Assembly: GCA_036675285.1 (NCBI GenBank)
Contig: JAKFFK010000245.1
Span: 8,589 to 72,588, forward strand
Direction of reading: 5' to 3'
DNA: 64,000 nucleotides
Source of the DNA: Paucimonas sp.
Lineage (GTDB): Bacteria; Pseudomonadota; Gammaproteobacteria; Burkholderiales; Burkholderiaceae_D
This document shows, in pieces, positions 30,578-42,069 of this stretch. Position 1 is the first letter of the stretch. The number at the start of each line of letters is the position of its first letter. Below the pieces are notes generated by a model. That model ran no database searches and had not been told where the DNA came from. It saw nothing but the letters and a program-made list of their open reading frames with translations. A program made the translations under genes and the position numbers.

Positions 30578-32515
30578 TTACTTGTCCTTGACTTCCTTGA
30601 AGTCCGCATCCACCACGTCTTCTTCGGCAGGCCGTGATTCCGATGCACCGCCAGCAGCGCCGCCTTCGGCAGCACCTGCTGCCTGTTGCGCCTGCGAACC
30701 GGCATACATCGCTTCGCCCAGCTTTTGCGCTGCCGATGACAGCGCGGCCACCTTGGCATCGATGTCGGCTTTGTCGCTGCCTTTCAGGCTAGCTTCCAGG
30801 TCCTTGATTGCGGCTTCGATCTTGTCCTTTTCACCGGCCTCGAGCTTGTCACCGAATTCCGCCAGTGCCTTGCGGGTCGAGTGCACCAGCGCATCACCCT
30901 GGTTATGGGTCTCGGCCAGTTCCTTCAGGCGCTTGTCATCCTCGGCATTGGCTTCGGCATCGCGCACCATCTTCTGGATTTCTTCCTCGGTCAAGCCGGA
31001 ATTGGCCTTGATGGTAATCTTGTTTTCTTTGCCGGTGGCCTTGTCCTTGGCGCTGACATGCAGGATGCCGTTGGCATCGATATCGAAGGTGACTTCGATC
31101 TGCGGCGTGCCGCGCGCGGATGGCGGGATGCCTTCGAGATTGAATTCGCCAAGGCCCTTGTTGCCCACCGCCATTTCGCGTTCGCCCTGATACACCTTGA
31201 TGGTCACTGCCGGCTGGTTATCGTCGGCAGTGGAAAACACCTGGCTGAACTTGGTCGGGATAGTGGTGTTTTTCTGGATCATCTTGGTCATCACGCCGCC
31301 CAGGGTTTCGATACCCAGCGACAATGGCGTCACATCCAGCAGCAGCAAGTCCTTGCGGTCGCCCGACAGCACCGAGCCCTGGATCGCCGCGCCAACTGCC
31401 ACCGCTTCATCCGGATTGACGTCCTTGCGCGGATCCTTGCCAAAGAATTCCTTGACCTTTTCCTGCACTTTCGGCATGCGGGTCTGGCCACCGACCAGAA
31501 TGATATCGTCGATATCGGAAACTTTGACGCCGGCATCCTTGATGGCGATATTGAGCGGCACCAGCGTCCTGGTGATCAAGTCCTCAACCAGAGATTCCAG
31601 CTTGGCACGGGTAATTTTCAGGTTCAGGTGGACCGGCGCGCCATTGGCCATGGCGATGTACGGCTCATTGATTTCGGTTTGCTGCGACGACGACAGTTCG
31701 ATCTTGGCGCGCTCGGCGGAAGCCTTGATACGCTGCAGCGCAATCGCATCCTTGCCCAGGTCCAGACCATTGATCTTCTTGAATTCGTCGATGATGTAAT
31801 CGATCATACGCTGGTCGAAATCTTCGCCACCCAGGAAGGTGTCGCCATTGGTCGACAAGACTTCGAACTGCTTTTCGCCGTCGACATCAGCAATTTCAAT
31901 GATCGAAATATCGAAGGTGCCGCCGCCCAGGTCATACACGGCAATCTTGCGGTCGCCCTTTTCCGTCTTGTCGAGACCAAATGCCAATGCGGCTGCGGTC
32001 GGCTCATTGATGATGCGCTTGACGTCCAGACCGGCGATGCGCCCGGCATCCTTGGTGGCCTGGCGCTGCGCATCGTTGAAATAAGCAGGCACGGTCACCA
32101 CGGCTTCGGTGACTTCTTCGCCGAGATAGTCTTCGGCGGTCTTTTTCATCTTGCGCAAGACTTCAGCGGAAATCTGCGGTGGCGCCAGCTTCTTGTCGCG
32201 CACTGCAATCCAGGCATCGCCATTGTCTGCCTTGACAATCTGGTACGGCATCAGGCTGATGTCCTTCTGCACTTCCTTTTCATCGAACTTGCGGCCGATC
32301 AGGCGCTTGACTGCATACAAGGTGTTTTTCGGATTGGTCACGGCTTGGCGCTTGGCCGGTGCGCCGACCAGGATTTCGCCATCTTCCTGATATGCAATAA
32401 CCGACGGCGTAGTACGCGCACCTTCAGAGTTTTCAATGACTTTTGGCACGCCGCCTTCCATGATTGAAACGCAGGAATTGGTCGTGCCCAAATCGATACC
32501 GATGATCTTGCCCAT
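30578..32515 (-). CDS. dnaK: Chaperone DnaK
   Basis: [25 protein letters not shown]; ends [10 protein letters not shown]. Confidence 0.99.
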   Translation of the reverse strand: MGKIIGIDLGTTNSCVSIMEGGVPKVIENSEGARTTPSVIAYQEDGEILVGAPAKRQAVTNPKNTLYAVKRLIGRKFDEKEVQKDISLMPYQIVKADNGDAWIAVRDKKLAPPQISAEVLRKMKKTAEDYLGEEVTEAVVTVPAYFNDAQRQATKDAGRIAGLDVKRIINEPTAAALAFGLDKTEKGDRKIAVYDLGGGTFDISIIEIADVDGEKQFEVLSTNGDTFLGGEDFDQRMIDYIIDEFKKINGLDLGKDAIALQRIKASAERAKIELSSSQQTEINEPYIAMANGAPVHLNLKITRAKLESLVEDLITRTLVPLNIAIKDAGVKVSDIDDIILVGGQTRMPKVQEKVKEFFGKDPRKDVNPDEAVAVGAAIQGSVLSGDRKDLLLLDVTPLSLGIETLGGVMTKMIQKNTTIPTKFSQVFSTADDNQPAVTIKVYQGEREMAVGNKGLGEFNLEGIPPSARGTPQIEVTFDIDANGILHVSAKDKATGKENKITIKANSGLTEEEIQKMVRDAEANAEDDKRLKELAETHNQGDALVHSTRKALAEFGDKLEAGEKDKIEAAIKDLEASLKGSDKADIDAKVAALSSAAQKLGEAMYAGSQAQQAAGAAEGGAAGGASESRPAEEDVVDADFKEVKDK

Positions 32516-32557
32516 AATTTTGTTCCTTTAAACGGGATAACTGAAACTGTTGTTGTC

Positions 32558-32586
32558 AATATGTGGAAAAAATCCGTACTTTCAAG
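32558..32586 (-). promoter_or_regulatory. Sigma-32 (RpoH)-type promoter of dnaK
   Basis: Minus strand reads CTTGAAA...CCACATAT, matching the CTTGAA / CCCCATnT consensus. Confidence 0.7.
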
Positions 32587-32600
32587 CACTTCCAACCAAT

Positions 32601-33149
32601 TTATGTCGATTTTTCCTGCGCCACCGTCACCAATGCAGGCCGCAGCAAGCGGTCGGCGATCATATAACCTTTTTGCAGCACGCTGACGATGGTATTGGCT
32701 TCCTGATCGGCCGGCACGATGGAAATCGCCTGATGCCGCATCGGGTCGAGTTTTTCGCCCGGCTGCGGATTCACTTCCAGCAGGCGACCCTTGTCGAACG
32801 CCGCGATCAATTGCTTCAGGGTCATTTCGACGCCCTCCTTCAGCGATTCGACTGACGGCGTTTCAACCTGCAATGCCATTTCCAGACTATCCTTGACCGG
32901 CACTAGCGCCTCGGCAAACCCTTCGATCGCAAATTTGTGCGCCCGGGCAATATCTTCCTGCGCCCGACGCCGGAAATTCTCGACCTCGGCCTTGGCACGC
33001 AAATAGGCGTCTTGCATTTCCGCTGCTTTCGCTTCGGCTGCTGCCAACCGCTCTTCCAACCCCGGCTCGGCAGCGATGTTGGCAGCTTCGGCTGCCATGT
33101 TTTCTGCCGCTTGTGGATCCAGATCCGCTTGCTTTTCCTGATCTTGCAT
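32601..33149 (-). CDS. grpE: Nucleotide exchange factor GrpE
   Basis: [12 protein letters not shown]; LDPMRHQAI; [16 protein letters not shown]. Confidence 0.97.
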   Translation of the reverse strand: MQDQEKQADLDPQAAENMAAEAANIAAEPGLEERLAAAEAKAAEMQDAYLRAKAEVENFRRRAQEDIARAHKFAIEGFAEALVPVKDSLEMALQVETPSVESLKEGVEMTLKQLIAAFDKGRLLEVNPQPGEKLDPMRHQAISIVPADQEANTIVSVLQKGYMIADRLLRPALVTVAQEKST

Positions 33150-33192
33150 TAAAAAACCTCCAACAATCAATGACTTAACTTGTGATTTTGAC

Positions 33193-33221
33193 CATGTGAG
33201 GTTATTTGCCTTGTTTTCAAG
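33193..33221 (-). promoter_or_regulatory. Sigma-32-type promoter of grpE
   Basis: Minus strand reads CTTGAAAA-N12-CCTCACATGG. Confidence 0.6.
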
Positions 33222-33434
33222 AGGCAAATTATGTTCCGGCAAGCACAAAAGCTGCCGGCTTGACAGTGCTCACACAGCTTCCAGAGTTTCTCAACTTGCC
33301 AGCACGCCGCTGTTACTCTTTGATCTAAAATATGCCATCAAGGAACTTGGCTATTTCATCAGAGGTCTTATTGTATTAAAGACCTGTTTCGCGACATAGA
33401 TCGGGTCAATCGACAGGTTTGCAAGGAGAAGATC

Positions 33435-33545
33435 ATGAAGCTATCTCTCATTTCCGCCTCGGTTATTGCCTATACGGCGCTGGCAGCAGCATGGATTTGC
33501 GACGCTCGATTAAATACGCTATTCCAGGCTGGAGCGCCATTTTAA
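33435..33545 (+). CDS. Putative 36-aa small hydrophobic protein (not in the ORF track)
   Basis: AAGGAG Shine-Dalgarno, then ATG MKLSLISASVIAYTALAAAWICDARLNTLFQAGAPF*. Confidence 0.45.
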   Translation: MKLSLISASVIAYTALAAAWICDARLNTLFQAGAPF

Positions 33546-33636
33546 CAGTGGCAATGCTGCTTGAATTTACGCAAGCGCAGACCGGCGCTTACTGTTGCAT
33601 GAGGCTTGGCTAGTTCAGCCTATGTTGCACAAGCTG

Positions 33637-34743
33637 TTATTTGGCGGCGCCCAGGCGATGTGCTTCCTTGCGGCTGATATCCAGTTCTTTTTTTTGCAAA
33701 TCGCGTTCGGTACCCGATAGTTGGGTCGGCCAACCTGATAAGTGTTGCTCGGCAATGTCTGCCAATGCGCGTATCCAGGCCGGGTTCTCGTTCAGGCAGG
33801 GGATGTAATGGAATTCACGGCCACCGGCAGTCAGAAAGTCTTGCTTGGCCTCGATTGCAATTTCCTCCAGCGTTTCCAAGCAATCGCCGGTAAAACCCGG
33901 GCACATCACATCAACCCGCTTGATGCCTTGTCTGGCCAGTTTTTGCAAGCTCGGGGCGGTGTATGGCTGCAACCATTCCGCCTTGCCAAACCGGGATTGG
34001 AAACTGACCAGATACTGGTCTTGCGACAAGCCTAGCTGCAGCGCGAGCAGGCGCGCGGTTTTGTGGCATTCGCAGTGATACGGGTCGCCCAGCAGTAAGG
34101 TGCGTTTCGGCACCCCGTGAAAGCTCATTACCAGTTTTTCTGGTCGGCCATGTTTTTCCCAGTGAGCAAGCACTGACTGCTTCAGCGCATCGATATAGCC
34201 GTCATGGTCATGATAATGCTTGACGAAGCGCAATTCCGGCAGGTTGCGCTGGCTGGCATAGTGCGCAAATATCTTGTCGAATACTGACGCAGTGGTGGTG
34301 CCGGAATACTGCGGATAGGCCGGCAAAACCAGAATCCGCTCGCATTTTTGCTCTTGCAGCTTTTGCAGCACCTGGGGCAGTGATGGTGTTCCGTAGCGCA
34401 TTGCATATACGACCTGCACCTGATGCCGGCGCTCGCCCAGATAACCGCGCAACAATGCCGTCTGCTGTTCGGTATGGCGTTTCAGCGGCGATCCCTCCGC
34501 GCTCCAGATCGATGCATACTTGGCGGCGGATTTGCTAGAGCGCAGTGGCAGGATCACGCCGTACAGGATCAGCCACCAGAGTGCTTTCGGGATTTCCACC
34601 ACCCGCGGGTCGGACAGGAATTCCTTCAAATAGCGCCGTACCGCTGCTGCTGTCGGCGCTTCCGGCGTACCGAGATTGACCAGCAGCACTGCCGTTTGAC
34701 TGGCAGTACCATGGGTATGGACAGGTTCTTTGCGAAAAGCCAT
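33637..34743 (-). CDS. hemH: Ferrochelatase
   Basis: LLVNLGTPEAP, FLSDPRVVE, SFHGVP, FQSRFG, DCLETLEEI. Confidence 0.96.
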   Translation of the reverse strand: MAFRKEPVHTHGTASQTAVLLVNLGTPEAPTAAAVRRYLKEFLSDPRVVEIPKALWWLILYGVILPLRSSKSAAKYASIWSAEGSPLKRHTEQQTALLRGYLGERRHQVQVVYAMRYGTPSLPQVLQKLQEQKCERILVLPAYPQYSGTTTASVFDKIFAHYASQRNLPELRFVKHYHDHDGYIDALKQSVLAHWEKHGRPEKLVMSFHGVPKRTLLLGDPYHCECHKTARLLALQLGLSQDQYLVSFQSRFGKAEWLQPYTAPSLQKLARQGIKRVDVMCPGFTGDCLETLEEIAIEAKQDFLTAGGREFHYIPCLNENPAWIRALADIAEQHLSGWPTQLSGTERDLQKKELDISRKEAHRLGAAK

Positions 34744-34804
34744 AGTTTTGCCTGATCGTTAAATAATAGAGGTCGGCCTGCTGGCCAATGGCCATGCCCG
34801 GGGA

Positions 34805-36454
34805 TTAAAGCGCAAGCAATTCGCGGGCATGCTTGCGGGTGGTGGCGGTAATTTCCAGGCCGCCGAGCATGCGGGCGATTTCCTCGATCCGCTGCTTCGC
34901 GTCCAGCATGTCGATACTCGACACGGTCTTGCCCGAGAGATTGCGCTTGCTTACCTGGAAGTGCTGGTTGGCCTGGCTGGCCACTTGCGGCAAATGGGTC
35001 ACGCACAATACTTGCCGGTCTTGGCCGAGGCGACGCAACAGGCGCCCGACCACTTCGGCGACGCCGCCGCCGATACCGCTGTCGACTTCGTCAAAGATCA
35101 GCGTGGGCGTGGCAGTCGCGCTGGAAGTGATTACCGAGATTGCCAGTGAAATACGCGCCAGTTCGCCGCCGGAAGCGACTTTTGCCAGCGGCCGCGGCTG
35201 GGTGCCGGCATGGCCTGCCACCAGGAACTCGACTTGTTCGAGACCGTATGCAGCCGGCTCACAGGCATTCAGGGCCACCACGAAACGCCCGCCTGCCATG
35301 CTCAATTCCTGCATCGCGACAGTCACCGCATCGCTCAGCGCCTTGGCGGCCTTGGTGCGCGCCTTGGTCAGCTTGTGCGCGGCCGCCATGTAATTTGCCT
35401 TGAGCTGGGCTTCCTGGGCTTTCAACGCATCCAGATCGCTGGCGTCGGCCAACTGCCGTAGTTGCGCCGACAGCGATTCCAGTTCCGCCGGCAAGGCGTC
35501 CGGCTCGACATGGAATTTGCGCGCAGTCGCATGCAGCTCGCCGAGCCTGCTTTCGACAGTCTGCAGGCGGCGAGGATCGAGCTCCAGCCGCCCCAGGTAA
35601 TCGTTCAACGCATATACCGCTTCCTGCAACTGGATTTGCGCCGGTTCCAGCACGTCCAGCACCGGTTTCAAGGCTTCATCGATATCGACCAGCTTGCCCA
35701 GTTTCTGGTTGAGCGCCGCCAGCCGCGTCAGCATCGGGTTGTCGTCCGATTCGGAAATCGCGACCAGCGCTTCCTGCGCACCGTCGATCAGGCTGGCCGC
35801 ATGCGACAGCCGGCTATGCTCATGGTTGACTTCATCCCATTCGCCCGGCTTGGCTGCCAGCTTTTCCAGCTCGCCCACCTGCCACTCCAGCCGCTCGCGT
35901 TCCAGCAGCACATTTTTGGCATTGGTCTCGAATTCTTCGCGCTGCCTGGCCAGCGCGCGCCAAGCCTTGTAGGCAGCGGCAACGGCCTTGGCCTCGCCTT
36001 GCAAGCCGGCCTGACTGTCGAGCAACACGCGCTGCGCATCGGCTTTGAGCAGCGACTGATGCGCATGCTGGCCATGGATATCGACCAGCATTTCACCCAG
36101 ATCGCGCAACTGGGTGGCGGTGGCGGCAATGCCATTGATGAAAGCCTTGGAACGGCCGGCGTTGTCGATCACGCGCCGCAACAGGATTGCGCCATCCTCA
36201 CCCTGGAATTCATTGTCCGTCAGCCAGGCAACAGTTTCCGGGGCGGCGGCAAATTCCGCGCTGATATCCGCTTTGGGAGCGCCGTCGCGCACCACGCTGG
36301 CGTCGCCGCGACCGCCCAGCGCCAGCGCCAGCGCATCGATCAAAATCGATTTGCCGGCGCCGGTTTCACCGGTAAATACGGAAAACCCGGCGCCCAGTTC
36401 GAGCTCGATGGCGTCGACAATGACAAAGTCGCGAATGGAAAGTGTGCGCAGCAT
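34805..36454 (-). CDS. recN: DNA repair protein RecN
   Basis: FTGETGAGKS; VASGGELARI; LIFDEVDSGIGG; VTHLPQVA. Confidence 0.97.
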   Translation of the reverse strand: MLRTLSIRDFVIVDAIELELGAGFSVFTGETGAGKSILIDALALALGGRGDASVVRDGAPKADISAEFAAAPETVAWLTDNEFQGEDGAILLRRVIDNAGRSKAFINGIAATATQLRDLGEMLVDIHGQHAHQSLLKADAQRVLLDSQAGLQGEAKAVAAAYKAWRALARQREEFETNAKNVLLERERLEWQVGELEKLAAKPGEWDEVNHEHSRLSHAASLIDGAQEALVAISESDDNPMLTRLAALNQKLGKLVDIDEALKPVLDVLEPAQIQLQEAVYALNDYLGRLELDPRRLQTVESRLGELHATARKFHVEPDALPAELESLSAQLRQLADASDLDALKAQEAQLKANYMAAAHKLTKARTKAAKALSDAVTVAMQELSMAGGRFVVALNACEPAAYGLEQVEFLVAGHAGTQPRPLAKVASGGELARISLAISVITSSATATPTLIFDEVDSGIGGGVAEVVGRLLRRLGQDRQVLCVTHLPQVASQANQHFQVSKRNLSGKTVSSIDMLDAKQRIEEIARMLGGLEITATTRKHARELLAL

Positions 36455-36473
36455 AATGGAGCTATTTTTATTG

Positions 36474-36520
36474 CCACGGCGGGCGCGGCAAAATCAGGGA
36501 TTTTGCCGCGCCCGCCGTGG
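36474..36520. repeat. Perfect 22-bp inverted repeat with a 3-nt loop between nadK and recN
   Basis: CCACGGCGGGCGCGGCAAAATC-AGG-GATTTTGCCGCGCCCGCCGTGG. Confidence 0.9.
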
Positions 36521-36564
36521 TCAGGATTGGAGTGAGTGTGCCACCAAAACCGGACGGCAGACCT

Positions 36565-37476
36565 TTATTTTAACTGTCCCTCGACCGATGGGTATTCATT
36601 CCAGTGCAACTTTTCGCGCAGGGTATCGTAATAACTCCAGCCCAACGGATGCAAGAAGGTAATTGTATGTTTCGAGCGACGGATGATAACGCGGTCATGA
36701 TGCTGCAGGCTGGCCAGTGATTGCATATCGAAATTGACGCTGATGTCACGTCCATTGATGATTTCGATCAAGATTTCACTGTTATCGGATAACACGATTG
36801 GCCGGTTCGACAAGGCATGCGGTGCAATCGGCACCAGCACAATGCCTTGCAGGTTTGGATGCAGCAACGGGCCGCCGGCCGACAACGCGTAAGCCGTCGA
36901 GCCGGTCGGGGTAGCCACGATCAAGCCGTCGGAACGCTGGTTATACATGAAGCGGCCATCGACGGTGACTTTCAATTCGACCATGCCGGAACCGGCGCCG
37001 CGCGACACCACCACATCATTGAACGCCAGTGCATGAAAAATACTGGCAGTGCCGCGCACTACCTCGCCTTCCAGCAGCGTACGCTGTTCGGACTCAACCT
37101 TGCCTGCCAGCATGTCGGCCAGCAGCGGCATCATGCGTTCGACTGGAATATCGGTCATGAAACCGAGCCGTCCCTGATTAATGCCGATCAAGGGAACGTC
37201 ATACGGCGCCAGCTGGCGCGCAATGCCCAGCATGGTGCCATCGCCGCCCACCACAATCGCTGCGTCCGCCTGTTGCCCGATCTGATCAGGCGACCAAGCC
37301 GCCAGGCCCGGTTGTGCCACATGGCGCGCGGTTTCAGCTTCGAATACGACTTGATGGCCGCTTTGAGTAAGGAAATCGGCAATTTCCGACAAGGAATCGG
37401 TAATACCTGCAGCCATCGGCTTGCCGACGATCGCAATGGTCTTGATCACAGTGGAAGAGAACTTGTTGGATAGCAT
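36565..37476 (-). CDS. nadK: NAD kinase
   Basis: [35 protein letters not shown]. Confidence 0.96.
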   Translation of the reverse strand: MLSNKFSSTVIKTIAIVGKPMAAGITDSLSEIADFLTQSGHQVVFEAETARHVAQPGLAAWSPDQIGQQADAAIVVGGDGTMLGIARQLAPYDVPLIGINQGRLGFMTDIPVERMMPLLADMLAGKVESEQRTLLEGEVVRGTASIFHALAFNDVVVSRGAGSGMVELKVTVDGRFMYNQRSDGLIVATPTGSTAYALSAGGPLLHPNLQGIVLVPIAPHALSNRPIVLSDNSEILIEIINGRDISVNFDMQSLASLQHHDRVIIRRSKHTITFLHPLGWSYYDTLREKLHWNEYPSVEGQLK

Positions 37477-37543
37477 GGTATTGATTAGACCATAATTACA
37501 GGCGATCTTGAAAGATGCATTACCAGAACCAATCTATAAGAAT

Positions 37544-38263
37544 ATGCATACTGCCCCGATTAAAGCGATTTTATTTGACCTGGACGACACCCTGTGGCCG
37601 ATAGCGCCAGCAATTGCGCGCGCCGAAATCCTGATGCACGACTGGCTGCGCATCCATGCGCCAGGTGTTGCCAAACAGTTCAGCAGTGACCAGTTGCGCG
37701 CCCGCCGGCTGCAGTTATTGGATCGGCAACCGGATTACAGGATCAATTTATCGGCATTGCGGCATGCCGCGCTGACAGAGGTTTTCCTGGAAATGGAGGA
37801 AGAACCGGTCAAGGTCGATGCTGCGATGGCGGTTTTTTTGCAAGCCCGCAATGCGGTGACCTTGTACGAGGATGTATTGCCGGCGCTGCTGCAGTTGCGC
37901 GGGCAGATTGCATTAGGCGCGATTTCCAATGGGGTGGCAGATCTTGAAACCATCGGCCTTGCTCACTATTTCGATGTAGCGCTGGCCGCTCACCGGTTTG
38001 GCGTGTGCAAGCCGGATTCGAGCATTTTCCAGGCTGCCTGCGATGCTCTGCGCATCGCGCCGGCCAATGCAGTCTACGTTGGCGATGATTTGGAAATTGA
38101 TATCCTTGGCGCACAAAATGCCGGCATGCAGGCAATCTGGATCAATCGCACCAACCAGACCTTGCCCTCGCATATCAGCCCACAGGGAATCTGCACCAGC
38201 TTGCATGAATTGCATGCATGGTTGCAATGTCGTACAGCGGACTGTAGTCAGAATGATGAATAG
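37544..38263 (+). CDS. HAD-IA hydrolase (YigB-like)
   Basis: FDLDDTLW, ISNG, KPD, YVGDD...DILGA. Confidence 0.88.
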   Translation: MHTAPIKAILFDLDDTLWPIAPAIARAEILMHDWLRIHAPGVAKQFSSDQLRARRLQLLDRQPDYRINLSALRHAALTEVFLEMEEEPVKVDAAMAVFLQARNAVTLYEDVLPALLQLRGQIALGAISNGVADLETIGLAHYFDVALAAHRFGVCKPDSSIFQAACDALRIAPANAVYVGDDLEIDILGAQNAGMQAIWINRTNQTLPSHISPQGICTSLHELHAWLQCRTADCSQNDE

Positions 38264-38321
38264 AATCAAGAATGTCCAACAAACGCTAGCGCCATGGTGG
38301 GCTGCTCGTTAGAATACTTCC

Positions 38322-39344
38322 ATGCAACTTGATCGTCGTGCCCAAACCCTGTTAAAAGCCCTGGTGGAACGGTATATCGCCGACGGCCAGCCGGTCGGTT
38401 CGCGTGCACTCTCCAAAATTTCCGGACTGGAGCTCTCACCGGCGACCATCCGCAACATCATGGCCGATCTGGAAGAAATGGGCTTCGTTTCCAGTCCGCA
38501 TACTTCTGCCGGCAGAATTCCGACGCCGCGCGGCTACCGGGTGTTTGTCGATACCTTGCTCACGGTCGCATCAATCGATGAATCGGCGCTGGAGTCGAAG
38601 ATGCAGCCGCGGCTGCAAACCCATTCGCAACAAAAGCTGCTCGCCAACGCGGCGCAAGTCTTGTCGTCGCTGTCGCAATTCGCCGGCGTGGTACTGACGC
38701 CGCGCCATGAATCGGTATTTCAGCAAATCGATTTCCTGCGGCTGTCGGAAAAACGCATCCTGCTGGTCATCGTGGCGCCCAATGGCGATGTGCAAAACCG
38801 CCTGCTGCTGACCGATGTCGACTACACGCCCAGCCAGCTGACCCAGGCCGCCAATTACATTAACCGTCACTATGGCGGCTTGAGTTTCGATGATGTCCGG
38901 ATGCGGCTGCAAGGCGAATTGCGTCAATTGCGCGACGACATGACGCGCCTGATGCAGGCCGCAGTCGAAGCCGGCAGCGATGCCATGACCGACAACGGCG
39001 AAGAAGTGGTGATTTCCGGCGAACGCAACCTGCTATCGGTGTCCGACCTGTCGTCGAACATGGCCTCGCTGCGCAAGCTGTTTGACATGTTTGAGCAAAA
39101 AACCGGCCTGATGCAATTGCTCGACATTTCCAGTAAGGCCACCGGCGTACAGATTTTCATTGGTGGCGAATCGCAACTGGTGCCGATGGATGACATGAGC
39201 GTGGTGACCGCGCCCTATGAAGTCAATGGCAAGATTGTCGGCACGCTGGGCGTGATCGGTCCGACCCGGATGGCCTATGAACGCGTGATTCCGATCGTCG
39301 ACATCACGGCAAAATTGTTGTCGAACGCCCTAAGCCATCATTAA
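38322..39344 (+). CDS. hrcA: Heat-inducible transcription repressor HrcA
   Basis: [39 protein letters not shown]. Confidence 0.96.
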   Translation: MQLDRRAQTLLKALVERYIADGQPVGSRALSKISGLELSPATIRNIMADLEEMGFVSSPHTSAGRIPTPRGYRVFVDTLLTVASIDESALESKMQPRLQTHSQQKLLANAAQVLSSLSQFAGVVLTPRHESVFQQIDFLRLSEKRILLVIVAPNGDVQNRLLLTDVDYTPSQLTQAANYINRHYGGLSFDDVRMRLQGELRQLRDDMTRLMQAAVEAGSDAMTDNGEEVVISGERNLLSVSDLSSNMASLRKLFDMFEQKTGLMQLLDISSKATGVQIFIGGESQLVPMDDMSVVTAPYEVNGKIVGTLGVIGPTRMAYERVIPIVDITAKLLSNALSHH

Positions 39345-39398
39345 GTCGGAACGGGTTAAGGAGCATCGCCCTGCAAGGACGGCGCGCCCTTGCAGTAC

Positions 39399-39830
39399 TC
39401 AGTGTTCGCGGTGCGGGCAGTTTTCCTTGGTGCAGTGGGCATACAGCGCCAGCGCATGGTCGGCAATCTTGAAGCCGCGATCGAGGGCGATTTTGTGTTG
39501 CCGCTGTTCGATTTCTTCATCAAAAAATTCTTCTACCCGGCCGCAATCCAGACACACCAGGTGGTCATGGTGCGATCCTTCATTCAATTCGAACACGGCC
39601 TTGCCGGTTTCGAAATGATTGCGATGCAATAATCCGGCTTGCTCAAACTGCGTCAGCACGCGATACACTGTAGCAAGCCCGACATCCATGTTTTCGGCCA
39701 GCAAAATCTTGTAAACGTCTTCCGCGCTCAAATGACGCACCGCGCTGTTGTGGAAAATATCCAGGATTTTCAGGCGCGGCAGCGTCGCCTTCAAGCCACT
39801 GGCTTTCAAATCGGGAGGGTTGTTCTGCAT
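39399..39830 (-). CDS. fur: Ferric uptake regulator
   Basis: [24 protein letters not shown]. Confidence 0.97.
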   Translation of the reverse strand: MQNNPPDLKASGLKATLPRLKILDIFHNSAVRHLSAEDVYKILLAENMDVGLATVYRVLTQFEQAGLLHRNHFETGKAVFELNEGSHHDHLVCLDCGRVEEFFDEEIEQRQHKIALDRGFKIADHALALYAHCTKENCPHREH

Positions 39831-39911
39831 GTTTATGGTCGGTTTACGAGTTCTGCTTTATCATATAGTGTTTTTGTAAAAATTTCCTTACTCGATTAAT
39901 AAGACTTATCT

Positions 39912-40433
39912 ATGCGACTGCTGTCCCCCATTTTCGTTTCAGCATCGGCATTGAAGCATGCCTTTTGCTTGGCTGCCGCCCTCAGCCTGATGGCTTGTGC
40001 AGCCAAAAATCCGCGCCTGGAAGCGCCGGCCGCCGCCGGCACCACGGCGAATCAAGCTTCCAGCGGCGTACAGACCAGCAAGCAACGGCGTCTGTTCGGG
40101 ATTTTTTCACCTTATCGGATCGATGTCCAGCAAGGTAACTTTATCTCCCAGGAAATGGTCAACCAGCTCAAGCCCGGCATGACTGAGGATCAGGTCCGGT
40201 TTGTTCTGGGAACCCCGTTGCTAACCGATATTTTCCATGCCGACCGCTGGGATTACGTATTCCGTCTCGAAAAAGGCAATGGCGACGTATTCCGCAGCCA
40301 TGTCATTGTGCATTTCAAGGATAAGCGCATGGACAGGGTGGATGGCGGCGACTTGCCAAGCGAGCAGGATTACCTGGCCCTGATTGCCGGCACCAAGGCA
40401 ACGCCGAAAGCGCCGACAGCAACTGTAAAATAA
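39912..40433 (+). CDS. bamE: Outer membrane protein assembly factor BamE
   Basis: Lipobox LMAC; YRIDVQQGN; [16 protein letters not shown]; RWDYVF; divergent from fur. Confidence 0.93.
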   Translation: MRLLSPIFVSASALKHAFCLAAALSLMACAAKNPRLEAPAAAGTTANQASSGVQTSKQRRLFGIFSPYRIDVQQGNFISQEMVNQLKPGMTEDQVRFVLGTPLLTDIFHADRWDYVFRLEKGNGDVFRSHVIVHFKDKRMDRVDGGDLPSEQDYLALIAGTKATPKAPTATVK

Positions 40434-40458
40434 TAAATTGACAACACCAACCAGCCTC

Positions 40459-41262
40459 ATGACTCCATTAAAAATCGCCATTGCCGGCGCTTCCGGCCGC
40501 ATGGGTCGCATGTTAATCGAAGCCGTGCAGGAAGCCGATGACGCGATCCTGGCCGGCGCGCTCGACATTCCGGGCCCCAATATCGGCCTTGATGCCACCG
40601 CTTTTGCCGGCCAGCCCTGCGGCGTGGCGATCGAGTCCGAGCTTGCCAAAGGCTTGGCCGACGCAGACATCCTGATCGATTTCACGCGTCCCGAAGGCAC
40701 GCTGCAGCACCTGGCATATTGCGCCGCGCACGGCATCAAGATGATTATCGGCACCACCGGCTTCGATGAAGCCGGCAAGGCGGCGATTGCCGCTGCCAGT
40801 CAAAAAACCGCGATCATGTTTGCCCCTAACATGAGTGTCGGCGTGAATGTGACGATGAAGCTGCTGGAGATGGCGGCCAAAAGTTTTTCCGAAGGCTACG
40901 ATATCGAAATCATCGAAGCTCACCACCGCCACAAGGTCGATGCGCCGAGCGGCACCGCGATCAAGATGGGCGAAGTGGTCGCCGGCGCGCTCGGACGCGA
41001 CTTGAAGGAAGTTGGCGTCTTTGCGCGCGAAGGCGTGACCGGACCGCGCGACCCGTCGTCGATCGGCTTTGCCACGATCCGCGGCGGCGACATTGTCGGC
41101 GACCATACTGTGCTGTTTGCTGGCATCGGCGAACGGATTGAAATTTCCCATAAATCGTCCAGCCGGGTCACCTATGCACATGGCAGCCTGCGGGCGGCGC
41201 GCTTTTTGGCCGACAAGCCAACCGGGCTGTTCGACATGCAGGACGTCTTGGGACTGCGATAA
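40459..41262 (+). CDS. dapB: 4-hydroxy-tetrahydrodipicolinate reductase
   Basis: [31 protein letters not shown]. Confidence 0.97.
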   Translation: MTPLKIAIAGASGRMGRMLIEAVQEADDAILAGALDIPGPNIGLDATAFAGQPCGVAIESELAKGLADADILIDFTRPEGTLQHLAYCAAHGIKMIIGTTGFDEAGKAAIAAASQKTAIMFAPNMSVGVNVTMKLLEMAAKSFSEGYDIEIIEAHHRHKVDAPSGTAIKMGEVVAGALGRDLKEVGVFAREGVTGPRDPSSIGFATIRGGDIVGDHTVLFAGIGERIEISHKSSSRVTYAHGSLRAARFLADKPTGLFDMQDVLGLR

Positions 41263-41374
41263 GCCAAAGAGCGCGGTTGCGGCGCCAAGCTGGCGCAGCG
41301 CCTGCGCCAGAAACCCATGGTTTGCGGTTTTTCCGGTATAAGTTAACACCACCAACTTTCGGCAGCAGACAGAC

Positions 41375-42067
41375 ATGAATCCAAGCACAGCCAGTTCCAA
41401 CCTCGGTTTTGCCCATTACTGGGCGCAGGGCGATGCCGTCTCGCATGCGGTCGCCTATGCGCTGCTACTGATGTCGATTGCCAGCTGGTATTACATCCTG
41501 TCCAAGGCATGGAGCTCCTGGCGCATCCGCAAAAGCGCCAAAACCCTGGAGGCCTTCTGGACTGCACCGACCCTGAATGACGCAGTGGCGCTGATCCGCA
41601 AGGCTGACCCGGAAAACGTCTACACGCCGCTGGCTGCCCAAGGCGCCCAGGCCGCCAATGTCAACGCCCAGGCCGGCTCGCTGAATGCCAATACCGATCC
41701 GGGCGAGCTGATCACCCGCACACTGCGCCAGGAAATCAACCGGGTCGCCGCGCGCCTGGAAAACGGCTTGACGCTGCTGGCTTCGGTCGGCTCGACTGCG
41801 CCTTTCGTCGGCCTGTTCGGCACGGTCTGGGGCATTTACCATGCGCTGATGGCAGTATCGTCCACCGGCACGGTACAAATCGACAAGGTCGCCGGACCGG
41901 TCGGCGAAGCGCTGATCATGACCGCGCTCGGCCTGGTGGTGGCGATTCCGGCAGTACTGGCCTACAACGCCTTTACCCGCGTCAACCGGGTCACGCTGGC
42001 GGAACTCGATGGCTTTGCGCATGACCTGCATGCCTACCTGACCACCGGCACGCGGGTCGGAAGGTAA
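41375..42067 (+). CDS. exbB: MotA/TolQ/ExbB proton channel protein
   Basis: STAPFVGLFGTVWGIY; EALIMTALGL. Confidence 0.88.
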   Translation: MNPSTASSNLGFAHYWAQGDAVSHAVAYALLLMSIASWYYILSKAWSSWRIRKSAKTLEAFWTAPTLNDAVALIRKADPENVYTPLAAQGAQAANVNAQAGSLNANTDPGELITRTLRQEINRVAARLENGLTLLASVGSTAPFVGLFGTVWGIYHALMAVSSTGTVQIDKVAGPVGEALIMTALGLVVAIPAVLAYNAFTRVNRVTLAELDGFAHDLHAYLTTGTRVGR

Positions 42068-42069
42068 CT

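Noticed and set aside
29208-32467. Long plus-strand ORFs (393 aa and 528 aa) opposite dnaJ and dnaK
   Set aside because: These are antisense shadow frames of highly conserved genes.
33150-38321. CIRCE operator expected near hrcA, grpE or dnaK
   Set aside because: No TTAGCACTC-N9-GAGTGCTAA match was seen upstream of these genes; sigma-32-type promoters explain grpE and dnaK instead.
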